A stretch of 44,205 nt of DNA from NCBI GenBank assembly GCA_947631695.1, contig CANRMH010000001.1, positions 1 to 44,205 on the forward strand. Reading direction: 5' to 3'. This document shows positions 31,440-39,538 of this stretch, piece by piece. The DNA is from an uncultured Lachnospiraceae bacterium. Its GTDB lineage: Bacteria; Bacillota; Clostridia; Lachnospirales; Lachnospiraceae. The position numbers and the translations under genes are program-made. Below the pieces are notes generated by a model, which was not told where the DNA came from, did not search any database, and was given only the letters and a program-made list of their open reading frames with translations. Numbering within the stretch: the first letter of the stretch is position 1; each line of letters begins with the position of its first letter.

Positions 31440-32120
31440 ATGCGGATATTGCTGGCCGAAGACGAACGGGACCTGAATCATATTATCACGCAAAAACTGA
31501 CTTCCGACGGATACAGCGTTGACAGCTGTTACGACGGGGCGGAGGCAATCGATATCCTGTCCTGCACGGAGTACGATGCAGTCGTCCTGGATATCATGAT
31601 GCCGAAAGCGGACGGCTACGAGGTTCTTCGCCGCCTTAGAACCGGCGGCAAAACGACCCCCGTACTGTTCCTGACCGCAAAGGACGCGGTCTCGGACCGC
31701 GTGAGGGGTCTGGACAGCGGCGCAAACGACTATCTGGTCAAGCCATTTTCTCTGGAGGAGCTGTCCGCACGCCTGAGGGCCATGACGCGGACCGCCTTCG
31801 GCAAGACGAGCAACATTCTCCATGCCGGAGACCTCACGCTGGACTGCGCCTCCCACATCGTCAGACGCGGCGGAAAGGAAATCCGGCTGTCCGCGAAGGA
31901 GTACTCGCTCCTGGAATATCTGATGATCAATCAGGGAATCGTACTGTCCAGGGAAAAGATCGAGGACCACATCTGGAATTTTGACTATGAGGGCGGCACG
32001 AACGTTGTGGACGTATACGTCAGCTATCTGCGCCGCAAGATCGACAGCGGACACGAAAACAAGCTGATCCACACTGTCAGGGGGCGGGGATATGTCCTGC
32101 GGGAAGAGGTGGCAACATGA
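31440..32120 (+). CDS. OmpR-family response regulator
   Basis: MRILLAEDE, LDIMMP, GANDYLVKPF, wHTH NVVDVYVSYLRRKI, TVRGRGY. Confidence 0.96.
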   Translation: MRILLAEDERDLNHIITQKLTSDGYSVDSCYDGAEAIDILSCTEYDAVVLDIMMPKADGYEVLRRLRTGGKTTPVLFLTAKDAVSDRVRGLDSGANDYLVKPFSLEELSARLRAMTRTAFGKTSNILHAGDLTLDCASHIVRRGGKEIRLSAKEYSLLEYLMINQGIVLSREKIEDHIWNFDYEGGTNVVDVYVSYLRRKIDSGHENKLIHTVRGRGYVLREEVAT

Positions 32121-33520
32121 AGCGTCTGTCGTTGAAATTAAAAATCACTCTCTGGTTCACCGCAGCGCTTCTGGTGATTGTCTCCTTTACGTATTTTATC
32201 GTTTTGTCCGTCAGCGACCAGATCCTCCAGAAGACGATAAAGGACAATCTGATCGAGACGGTCGAAGCCAATTTAGATGAAATTAAATTTCATGCCACGA
32301 TCGGCAAAACGGATCTGGAAAAGAACGCCAGCCGTTTCCTGGAATTCGAGGGAGGGTATCTGGAGGTCGACGACGATTTCCTGGACGAAGTCAATCAGGT
32401 ATACTCGTCTCTGTACAGCGCGGATCATATTCTGATATATGGGGAAAATCCGATCTCAAAGGCCGCCTCCGATCTTCCTTTTTCCAATTCACGAATACAG
32501 AGGCTTAAATCGGACGGCGTCGTCTACTATATATTTGACCGCCAACTGACGACAAAAGGGCTGGAAGGACTCTGGATGCGCGGCGTTGTGTCGGAAACGC
32601 AGGGCAGGACGCAGATGACGGATATCACTCGCATCTGCCTGTTCATCCTGCCCGTACTGGTGCTTTTCTCGTCTGTCGGGGGATATCTTCTCGTCCAGAG
32701 AATGCTGCGTCCGATCCAGAAAATTTCAGAGACGGCCCGCCAGATCGGCCAGGAAAACGATCTGAAAAAGCGGATCCGGCTCGGCAGCGGAAACGACGAA
32801 CTGCACCAGCTCGGCGACACCTTTAACGATATGTTTGAAAAACTGGACCGCTCCTTCGAAACCGAACGGCGATTCATCTCCGACGCATCACATGAGCTGC
32901 GCACGCCCATGTCGGTGATCGCCGCCCAGTGTGAATATTCCCTTGAGCAGAGCAGATCCCCCGGGGAATACGAGGAAGCCTTCCGCGTCATCCAAAGGCA
33001 AAGCCGGAAGATGTCGAGGCTTATCCACGATATGCTGGATTTCACCCGTCTCGAACTCGGTACCGACCGCTATAAAAAGGAAACGATCGACCTCACGGAA
33101 CTTGTATCTTCCGTCTGCTCCGATATGGCCCTGATCAGAGAAAAAGGGATCTCGCTGCAATACGAGGTTCAGCGGAACATACGCTTCACCGGGAACCATG
33201 AGCTTCTCTCCCGGCTGCTCGTCAACCTGATCAGCAACGCTTACCGTTACGGGCGGGCCAATGGACATATCCTCGTCAGGCTGACGCGGCAAAACCGCGA
33301 AATACGCCTCTGCGTCTCCGACGACGGAATCGGCATCGCAAAGGACGAACAGGAGAAAATTTTTCTGAGATTCTATCAGGCGGATTCCTCCCGGTCCGAC
33401 GCAGGCATCGGCCTCGGACTTTCCATGGCAAAGGAAATTACCCGTTTCCACAGCGGAAAAATCCTCGTGGAGAGCGAACCGGGGAAGGGCAGCGTCTTCA
33501 CCGTTATTTTTTCAGGATAA
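32117..33520 (+). CDS. Sensor histidine kinase (2 TM, HAMP, HisKA, HATPase)
   Basis: FISDASHELRTP, NLISNAYRY, DDGIGI, GIGLGLS; ATGA overlap with the regulator. Confidence 0.96.
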   Translation: MKRLSLKLKITLWFTAALLVIVSFTYFIVLSVSDQILQKTIKDNLIETVEANLDEIKFHATIGKTDLEKNASRFLEFEGGYLEVDDDFLDEVNQVYSSLYSADHILIYGENPISKAASDLPFSNSRIQRLKSDGVVYYIFDRQLTTKGLEGLWMRGVVSETQGRTQMTDITRICLFILPVLVLFSSVGGYLLVQRMLRPIQKISETARQIGQENDLKKRIRLGSGNDELHQLGDTFNDMFEKLDRSFETERRFISDASHELRTPMSVIAAQCEYSLEQSRSPGEYEEAFRVIQRQSRKMSRLIHDMLDFTRLELGTDRYKKETIDLTELVSSVCSDMALIREKGISLQYEVQRNIRFTGNHELLSRLLVNLISNAYRYGRANGHILVRLTRQNREIRLCVSDDGIGIAKDEQEKIFLRFYQADSSRSDAGIGLGLSMAKEITRFHSGKILVESEPGKGSVFTVIFSG

Positions 33521-33528
33521 AAATTTTG

Positions 33529-33563
33529 TTTCTAATGTTTTTCTAATCTTTTGCTCTTATAAT
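33529..33563 (+). promoter_or_regulatory. Candidate OmpR-type direct-repeat box and -10 element
   Basis: TTTCTAAT at 33529-33536 and 33540-33547 (11-bp period) in the -35 region; TATAAT at 33558-33563. Confidence 0.65.
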
Positions 33564-33639
33564 CTGAGTATAGGGTCGGGGAACAAAGAATAAAACGTCT
33601 CCGGCGCCGGCATAAATATAAGAGAGAGGAGTGAACGAC

Positions 33640-34542
33640 ATGACAAAATTTAAAAACCTTTCCACTACGAAAAAAATTATCCTTGCGCTGGTCTGCATCG
33701 CTTCCATTCTGGCGATCCTCATAATATGCACAGTACTTTTTATCAATACCAGCGTAAAGAATTCTTCTATCGGAAGAGACAACGCCATGAATTTTGCGCT
33801 TGCGGACGCGAATATCGATCCGGCGTCCGTTCAGAGTTCCCGCACGGAACTTGAGTTTGAGCAGGGACATTTTGTATATGAAGTGGAATTCATTGCAGAC
33901 GGTACGGAATATGATTATTGGATCAAAGCCTCCGACGGTTCCGTCGTAAAAAAACAGATGGAGATCGTTTCGCCCGGAGAAACGCCCGCCGCAATCACGG
34001 AAGATACGACGCCCGGCAAGGATACAGCGGCCGGCAGCAATACAACGGCCGGCAGCAACGCGGCGTCCGGCGGTACGAACGGGACTGTTACAGCGGAAGA
34101 CGCAAAAAAAATCGCGCTTGAGGACGCGAAAGTCTCCGCCACAGACGCCGTATTTACCAAGAACAGGCTGGACTATGACGACGGTATGAAGGTATATGAG
34201 ATTGAATTCTACACGGATTCGGCCGAATATGAGTACGAAATCGACGCGGCAACCGGCGCCGTTCGAAGCAGAGATTCCGAAGCGCATCGGGCCTCCGGTA
34301 CGGCCGGTACGGGAAACTCCGGCTCCTACATCGGAATTGAGAAGGCGAAATCCATCGCTGTCAGCCAGATGGGATTCTCGCTTTCCGACGTGAACTTTTC
34401 AAAAGCGAAGCTCGACTCCGACGACGGCTACATCGTATATGAAATCGAATTTTACAGAGACAATCAGGAATATGAATATACCATCGACGCGGTCACCGGA
34501 AAAATTCTGGAGCATTCCGCTTCCCACGCATTTGACGATTGA
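33640..34542 (+). CDS. Membrane-anchored protein with three PepSY domains
   Basis: N-terminal TM; three repeats of A..IA...YE(V/I)EF...EY.Y.I.A..G; low-complexity T/A/G/S linkers. Alternative start GTG 33631. Confidence 0.88.
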   Translation: MTKFKNLSTTKKIILALVCIASILAILIICTVLFINTSVKNSSIGRDNAMNFALADANIDPASVQSSRTELEFEQGHFVYEVEFIADGTEYDYWIKASDGSVVKKQMEIVSPGETPAAITEDTTPGKDTAAGSNTTAGSNAASGGTNGTVTAEDAKKIALEDAKVSATDAVFTKNRLDYDDGMKVYEIEFYTDSAEYEYEIDAATGAVRSRDSEAHRASGTAGTGNSGSYIGIEKAKSIAVSQMGFSLSDVNFSKAKLDSDDGYIVYEIEFYRDNQEYEYTIDAVTGKILEHSASHAFDD

Positions 34543-34595
34543 ATCCGATCACTTCCACGCCATACGGAGCGCGATCGCTGCCGATCGGATATCGG

Positions 34596-34628
34596 CGGGC
34601 AGGGCCAAAAGCCCTGCCTGTTTTTTTT
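34596..34628 (+). terminator. Intrinsic terminator between the convergent PepSY gene and queF
   Basis: CGGGCAGGGC-caaaa-GCCCTGCCTG followed by T8. Confidence 0.8.
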
Positions 34629-34632
34629 ATCT

Positions 34633-35130
34633 TTACCGGTTATCCACACTCTCCGGATACAGATCGTGGCGCGAAAGTCTCTTCCAGGCGACTTCCTCCC
34701 ACTTCGTCCCCGGCTTCCCGTAATTGCAGTAGGGATCGATGGAGATCCCGCCTCTCGGCAGGAATTTGCCCCACACCTCGATATATTTGGGATCCATCAG
34801 CCGGATCAGATCCTTCATGATAATATTGACGCAGTCCTCGTGAAAATCTCCGTGATTCCGGAAGCTGAACAGATACAGCTTCAGGGATTTGCTCTCGACC
34901 ATCACCTTTCCCGGCACATACGAAATATAGATCGTTGCGAAATCCGGCTGCCCCGTGATCGGACACAGGCTGGTGAACTCCGGGCAGTTAAACTTCACAA
35001 AATAGTCGTTCTGGGGATGCTTGTTCGGAAAGGTTTCCAGAATCTTTGGATCATAATCCGCGCTGTAGGCCGTGTGCTGATTTCCCAGCAGAGAGATATT
35101 GCCCTTCTCGTCTTCTTTTCTTCCGCTCAT
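34633..35130 (-). CDS. queF: NADPH-dependent preQ0 reductase, unimodular QueF
   Basis: [16 protein letters not shown], QueF motif [18 protein letters not shown]. Confidence 0.97.
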   Translation of the reverse strand: MSGRKEDEKGNISLLGNQHTAYSADYDPKILETFPNKHPQNDYFVKFNCPEFTSLCPITGQPDFATIYISYVPGKVMVESKSLKLYLFSFRNHGDFHEDCVNIIMKDLIRLMDPKYIEVWGKFLPRGGISIDPYCNYGKPGTKWEEVAWKRLSRHDLYPESVDNR

Positions 35131-35819
35131 CTTTCTTCTCCCTTCATCAGAGGATCCGTGACCCCGTTCGCCTGAAACGCGGCGATGCGGTCGCGGCAGG
35201 TCCCGCAGGTCCCGCAGGGCTTCGCTCCGCCCTCGTAGCAGCTCCAGGTCAGTTCATAGGGAACCTGAAGTTTTAGTCCCCTCTTCACAACCTCCGCCTT
35301 CGTGAGATTGACGAACGGCGCCTCAATGCGCAGCTTCTTCCCGCTCCCAAGCCAGATCGCCTCATTCATCGCATCATTAAAACTGCTGCTGCAGTCGGGG
35401 TAAGCATTTCCGGCCGCATCGTCGCTGTGCGCGCCGTAATAGACGATCCCGCAGCCGTTGGAGAGGGCGACGCTGGCCGCCGACGCCAGGAAAAGGCCGT
35501 TTCGGAACGGTACATAAGTGGATACGGGATCCCCGTTCGTCCCTGCGAGCTGGCTGGCATAGCTTTCCTTCGGAATTTCTTCCTGCGACCCTTTTAAAAG
35601 AGAACAGTCAGAATCCGCAAAGATACGCGCCAGGTCAAGCGTCTTTAAGGGGACGCCGTAATACGCCGCAACCTTTTCAGCCGCCTCCATCTCCCTGTCA
35701 TGTTTCTGTCCATAATAGACGCAGAGCGCGAGAACCTCCTGCGCCCCGTATCTGTCCACCGCCATCGCAAGGCAGGTGGAGCTGTCCACGCCCCCGCTGC
35801 ATAATACAAGTGCTTTCAT
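35127..35819 (-). CDS. queC: 7-cyano-7-deazaguanine synthase
   Basis: [33 protein letters not shown]. Confidence 0.97.
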   Translation of the reverse strand: MKALVLCSGGVDSSTCLAMAVDRYGAQEVLALCVYYGQKHDREMEAAEKVAAYYGVPLKTLDLARIFADSDCSLLKGSQEEIPKESYASQLAGTNGDPVSTYVPFRNGLFLASAASVALSNGCGIVYYGAHSDDAAGNAYPDCSSSFNDAMNEAIWLGSGKKLRIEAPFVNLTKAEVVKRGLKLQVPYELTWSCYEGGAKPCGTCGTCRDRIAAFQANGVTDPLMKGEER

Positions 35820-35832
35820 CTCTGTCCTCCCG

Positions 35833-36396
35833 CTAATCGATCAGTTTTTTCAGTTCCGGATCCGTTTGAAACGCTCCGATGTACGTCCTCGTCTCAGTGG
35901 ACGAGGATGCGTTTCGAATCCCCCGCGCCGTCATGCAGCTGTGGGATCCCCGTATCCGCACGCCCACATCCGGGGTACCCGCCGCCTCCGAGATGATCTC
36001 GGCGATGTCCCTTCCCAGACGTTCCTGGAGCTGCAGCCTTCTGGCCGCCATATCGCAGATGCGCGCGATCTTGCTAAGCCCCAGCACCCGGCCCCGCGGA
36101 ATATACGCGACATTGACGTACATATCGTACATCAGCGCCATATGGTGTTCGCAATAGCTGAACACCGTGATATCCTTCATCACAACCGCCGTCTCAGACC
36201 TCTCCGGCTCAGAGATTTCAAAAGTCTTCCCAAACATTTCCGCGATCTCATGGTTGCTGTAGGATATTCCCTCGAAGACTTCCTCGTACATCCGCGCCAC
36301 GCGGGCGGGCGTCTCCCGGAGTCCTTCGCGCTCAGGATCCTCTCCGATCGCCTTCAATATTTCCCTTATATGATATTCTATTGCCTTTTTATCCAT
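35833..36396 (-). CDS. folE: GTP cyclohydrolase I
   Basis: GLRETPARVARMY, SYCEHHM, GLSKIAR, LQLQERL, HSCMTARG. Alternative start GTG 36405. Confidence 0.96.
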   Translation of the reverse strand: MDKKAIEYHIREILKAIGEDPEREGLRETPARVARMYEEVFEGISYSNHEIAEMFGKTFEISEPERSETAVVMKDITVFSYCEHHMALMYDMYVNVAYIPRGRVLGLSKIARICDMAARRLQLQERLGRDIAEIISEAAGTPDVGVRIRGSHSCMTARGIRNASSSTETRTYIGAFQTDPELKKLID

Positions 36397-36410
36397 TCTT
36401 TTCACCCCCG

Positions 36411-37070
36411 TCAGACCCCGCGCGCTTGCGGATCCCAGATATACTTGTGAAGCTGAAGCTGGAGCCTTGTGTGATTCATCTTATTTTTTTTCATAAATTC
36501 TGCGATCGTCTCCGGATGGATCCTCCCGAACACGGGACTGAAATAGACATGGCACCGCTTCGTCAGATCGTACTCCCGGATCACCTGTGCGGCGCGCTCG
36601 AGATCTTCCTCGTCCCCGACGACAAATTTCACCGTGTCCTCCTCCCGCAAAAATCCGAAATTTTCCATCCTCATTCCCGCTTCCATGCCGCTTGACGGAA
36701 GCTTATAGTCCATCGTAAAAACAGGGCGGTACGGTTTGTCCGAAAATTCCTTCAGATCGATGCTCCCATTCGTCTCGATCTCGACGCTCCTTGCGTCCTC
36801 CATCAGCGCCGCGATCAGCGGATAGATGTCCCTCTGCAGCAGAGGCTCTCCCCCGGTGAGAGTGACGTTCGTAATCCCGGCGCCGGATACATATTCCGCG
36901 ATCTGAGCGCAGGTCAGAAATTCCGCCTTTCCCCGGCTGTCGTTCGCCCACCTCGTATCGCAATAGGAACAGTTCAGATTGCATCCCCGAAAGCGTATAA
37001 ATACCGCAAGTTCCCCGGCTCGGGTCCCCTCGCCGTTGATGCTCACGAACTTTTCAGCTACAGCGTACAT
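36411..37070 (-). CDS. queE: 7-carboxy-7-deazaguanine synthase (radical SAM)
   Basis: FVSINGEG, CNLNCSYCDT, TGGEPL, IETNGS, QLHKYIW. Confidence 0.96.
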   Translation of the reverse strand: MYAVAEKFVSINGEGTRAGELAVFIRFRGCNLNCSYCDTRWANDSRGKAEFLTCAQIAEYVSGAGITNVTLTGGEPLLQRDIYPLIAALMEDARSVEIETNGSIDLKEFSDKPYRPVFTMDYKLPSSGMEAGMRMENFGFLREEDTVKFVVGDEEDLERAAQVIREYDLTKRCHVYFSPVFGRIHPETIAEFMKKNKMNHTRLQLQLHKYIWDPQARGV

Positions 37071-37495
37071 TGCAGTTCCTCCTCATATACGGCACAGTTC
37101 TCAGGCGTCTCGTACACGGAGACGCTCTTTACCGGCAATCCTTTCGCCCGAAGCTCATCAAAAAAATACTTTGCGAAATTCTCCGCCGTCGGCTGGAAGA
37201 AAACCGTGACCATCTCAAATCCTTCGCCCTCCAGCGCCTCGACGGTCGCCGCGCGCAGAGTGTTTTCCTCGTAAATAAACGTATGATCGAAGCGGTTTGC
37301 CAAAGCGCGCACTTCACGCTTGACGTCCGCAAAATCCATGAGCATCCCCTGCTCCGAGCCGGACGGTTTCAGCATCTCCCCGTAGAAGGAAGCCTCGACC
37401 AGCCAGCGGTGTCCGTGGATATTGGCGCATTTGCCCTGATAGCCGGACAGAAAATGTGCGCTGTCAAAGGATGCGGATGTTTTCAACAGATACAT
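37058..37495 (-). CDS. queD: 6-carboxy-5,6,7,8-tetrahydropterin synthase
   Basis: FDSAHFL, KCANIHGHRW, FDH, PTAEN, VYETP. Confidence 0.96.
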   Translation of the reverse strand: MYLLKTSASFDSAHFLSGYQGKCANIHGHRWLVEASFYGEMLKPSGSEQGMLMDFADVKREVRALANRFDHTFIYEENTLRAATVEALEGEGFEMVTVFFQPTAENFAKYFFDELRAKGLPVKSVSVYETPENCAVYEEELQCTL

Positions 37496-37523
37496 AAAAA
37501 ATCTCCTTGTATAAAATAGAATC

Positions 37524-37584
37524 CCGCCGCAGTGCGATCCCGCGTCTTACAACGGCTGAAGTTCCCTGTAAGGCAAAAAGTGCG
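37524..37584 (-). repeat. Two-hairpin repeat, copy B (homologue at 43365-43438)
   Basis: 21-nt identity CGCGGGATCGCACTGCGGCGG, a 29-nt hairpin 17/29 identical to copy A, and shared CGCACTTTTT. Confidence 0.75.
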
Positions 37585-37603
37585 CCTGCCGCCGCAGACG
37601 CAC
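37575..37603 (-). terminator. Terminator of the preQ1 riboswitch expression platform
   Basis: GTGCGTCTGC-ggcg-GCAGGCGCAC followed by TTTTT, between aptamer and queD. Confidence 0.8.
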
Positions 37604-37626
37604 CTATGTTCTCCATAGAAATGCCC

Positions 37627-37666
37627 TGGTTTTGTTTATAGACAGGATGGCGCAAACGAACTGTCT
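37627..37666 (-). ncRNA. preQ1-I riboswitch aptamer
   Basis: P1 AGACAG/CTGTCT, loop TTCGTTTGCGCCATC, A-rich tail ATAAACAAAAC; directly after the promoter and upstream of the que genes. Confidence 0.88.
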
Positions 37667-37673
37667 GACTGCC

Positions 37674-37702
37674 ATTATAGGATATCCTCCCGGCAATGTC
37701 AA
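37674..37702 (-). promoter_or_regulatory. Sigma-A promoter of the que operon
   Basis: Perfect TTGACA, 17 nt, TATAAT; the -35 contains the TGA stop of the upstream ABC gene. Confidence 0.88.
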
Positions 37703-39525
37703 GCGCCCGCCGTCTCAAACTGTGCATTGTAGAGTCCGGCATAGAAGCCGTTTTTCTCCAGAAGCTCCTGATGAGTCCCCTGCTCCACAATATCTCCGTC
37801 CTTCATAACAAGGATCAGGTCGGCGTTTCGGATCGTTGAAAGCCGGTGGGCGATCACAAAGGAGGTGCGTCCTTTCAGCAGGGTATCCATCGCCTTCTGG
37901 ATCAGATGCTCCGTACGGGTATCCACGGAAGAGGTCGCCTCATCCAGGATCATGATCGGATTATCCGCCAGGATCGCCCGCGCGATGGTCAGAAGCTGCT
38001 TCTGTCCCTGCGAAATATTGGATGCCTCCTCGTTGATCTCCATCTGGTAACCGCCGGGCAAGGAGCGGATGAACTTATCGGCGCGCGCGAGAACCGCGGC
38101 CCGGATTACTTCCTCATCCGTCGCTTCCAGCCTTCCATAGCGGATATTTTCCATGATCGTTCCCTTAAAAAGCCACGTATCCTGGAGAACCATACCAAAG
38201 CCCCGCCGCAGTTCGTTCCGGTCAAAATCGCTGACCGGATGTCCGTTCAGGCGGATCGTTCCGGAATTTACATCGTAGAACCGCATGAGCAGCTTCACCA
38301 TCGTCGTCTTTCCCGCCCCTGTCGGTCCGACGATCGCCACCATCTGTCCGGGCTTAATCTCACTGTTGAAATCGTGAATCACGATTTTATCCGGCTGATA
38401 GCCAAACTGCACATGGTCAAAGGTCACTTCCCCGTTGATGACCGAAGGATCGACGGGATGTTCCGTAACCTGGACTTCCTCTTCCTCGTTCAGAAAATCA
38501 AAAATCCGCTCGGCCGCCGCAGCCATTGACTGCATGAGGTTGGATACCTGCGCCATCTGAGTGATCGGCTGCGTAAAGCGCTTGACGTACTGGACAAACG
38601 CCACGATATCGCCGATCTCGATCGTCCCGGCTGCCGCCAGCATCGCACCCGCAACCGCGACCGCCACATAGCCGAGATTGCTGACAAAATTCATGATCGG
38701 CATCATAAGTCCCGATAAGAACTGACTCTTCCATGCGGACTCATAAAGAATCCGGTTCGTCCCGCAGAACTCCTTAAGTTCCTCCTTCTCCCGGTTAAAC
38801 GCCTTCACCACATCGTGTCCGGCGAAGGTTTCCTCGATCTGGCCGTCAATCTTTCCCAGATAATTCTGCTGCGCAATGAAATATTTCTGAGATTTCTTCA
38901 CGATCCCCAGAACCAGCGCCGTAGACAGCGGAAGGATCAGAACCGTGATCAGCGTCATCAGCGGGGAAATCGTAAGCATCATCACCAGCGTCCCGACGAG
39001 GGTACACACCGATGTGATCAGCTGTGTGATAGACTGGTTGAACGTCTGCCCCAGAGTATCCACGTCGTTGGTAATGCGCGAGAGGACGTCCCCCACCGAA
39101 TTGCCCTCAAAATAGGACAGCGGCATCCGGTTGATCTTCTCGCTGATGTCCTTTCTCATCCGGAAACTCATCTTCTGCGACATCTCCGTCATGACCAATC
39201 CCTGGATGAAAGAAAATACCGCGCAGAGTCCATAGATACCCAAAAGGGTCAGGAGGATCCTCCCGATCTTTGCGAAGTCAATGCTCCCGGTTCCGGTCAG
39301 CTTGGCGATCAGCCCGCCAAACAGCTCCGTCGTCGCATTTCCCAGTATTTTGGGGCCGATGACATTGAAAACCGTGGATGCAACCGCAAAGACCACAACG
39401 GCGGCCAGGGCGATCTTGTAGACGCCCATGTAGCGCAGCAGGTTCCGGATCGTCCCCTTAAAGTCTTTTGCCTTTTCACCGGGCATACGCCCGCGGCCTC
39501 TCATCGGCCTTCTACCTGGAGCCAT
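37699..39525 (-). CDS. Heterodimeric ABC exporter, TMD-NBD subunit with consensus Walker B and H-switch
   Basis: GPTGAGKTT, ISQGQKQ, ILDEATSS, IAHRLST; start MAPGRR at 39525 behind GGAGGG (ORF track over-extends). Confidence 0.93.
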   Translation of the reverse strand: MAPGRRPMRGRGRMPGEKAKDFKGTIRNLLRYMGVYKIALAAVVVFAVASTVFNVIGPKILGNATTELFGGLIAKLTGTGSIDFAKIGRILLTLLGIYGLCAVFSFIQGLVMTEMSQKMSFRMRKDISEKINRMPLSYFEGNSVGDVLSRITNDVDTLGQTFNQSITQLITSVCTLVGTLVMMLTISPLMTLITVLILPLSTALVLGIVKKSQKYFIAQQNYLGKIDGQIEETFAGHDVVKAFNREKEELKEFCGTNRILYESAWKSQFLSGLMMPIMNFVSNLGYVAVAVAGAMLAAAGTIEIGDIVAFVQYVKRFTQPITQMAQVSNLMQSMAAAAERIFDFLNEEEEVQVTEHPVDPSVINGEVTFDHVQFGYQPDKIVIHDFNSEIKPGQMVAIVGPTGAGKTTMVKLLMRFYDVNSGTIRLNGHPVSDFDRNELRRGFGMVLQDTWLFKGTIMENIRYGRLEATDEEVIRAAVLARADKFIRSLPGGYQMEINEEASNISQGQKQLLTIARAILADNPIMILDEATSSVDTRTEHLIQKAMDTLLKGRTSFVIAHRLSTIRNADLILVMKDGDIVEQGTHQELLEKNGFYAGLYNAQFETAGA

Positions 39526-39538
39526 TTGCCGTCCCTCC

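Noticed and set aside
34020-34075. Short repeats CGGCCGGCAGCAA in the PepSY gene
   Set aside because: They encode a low-complexity (T/A)AGSN linker; not a CRISPR or mobile repeat.
34633-37495. 7-deazaguanine DNA modification (dpd) or phage-type system
   Set aside because: No dpdA/tgt-like gene in the window; queF and a preQ1 riboswitch point to ordinary tRNA queuosine synthesis.
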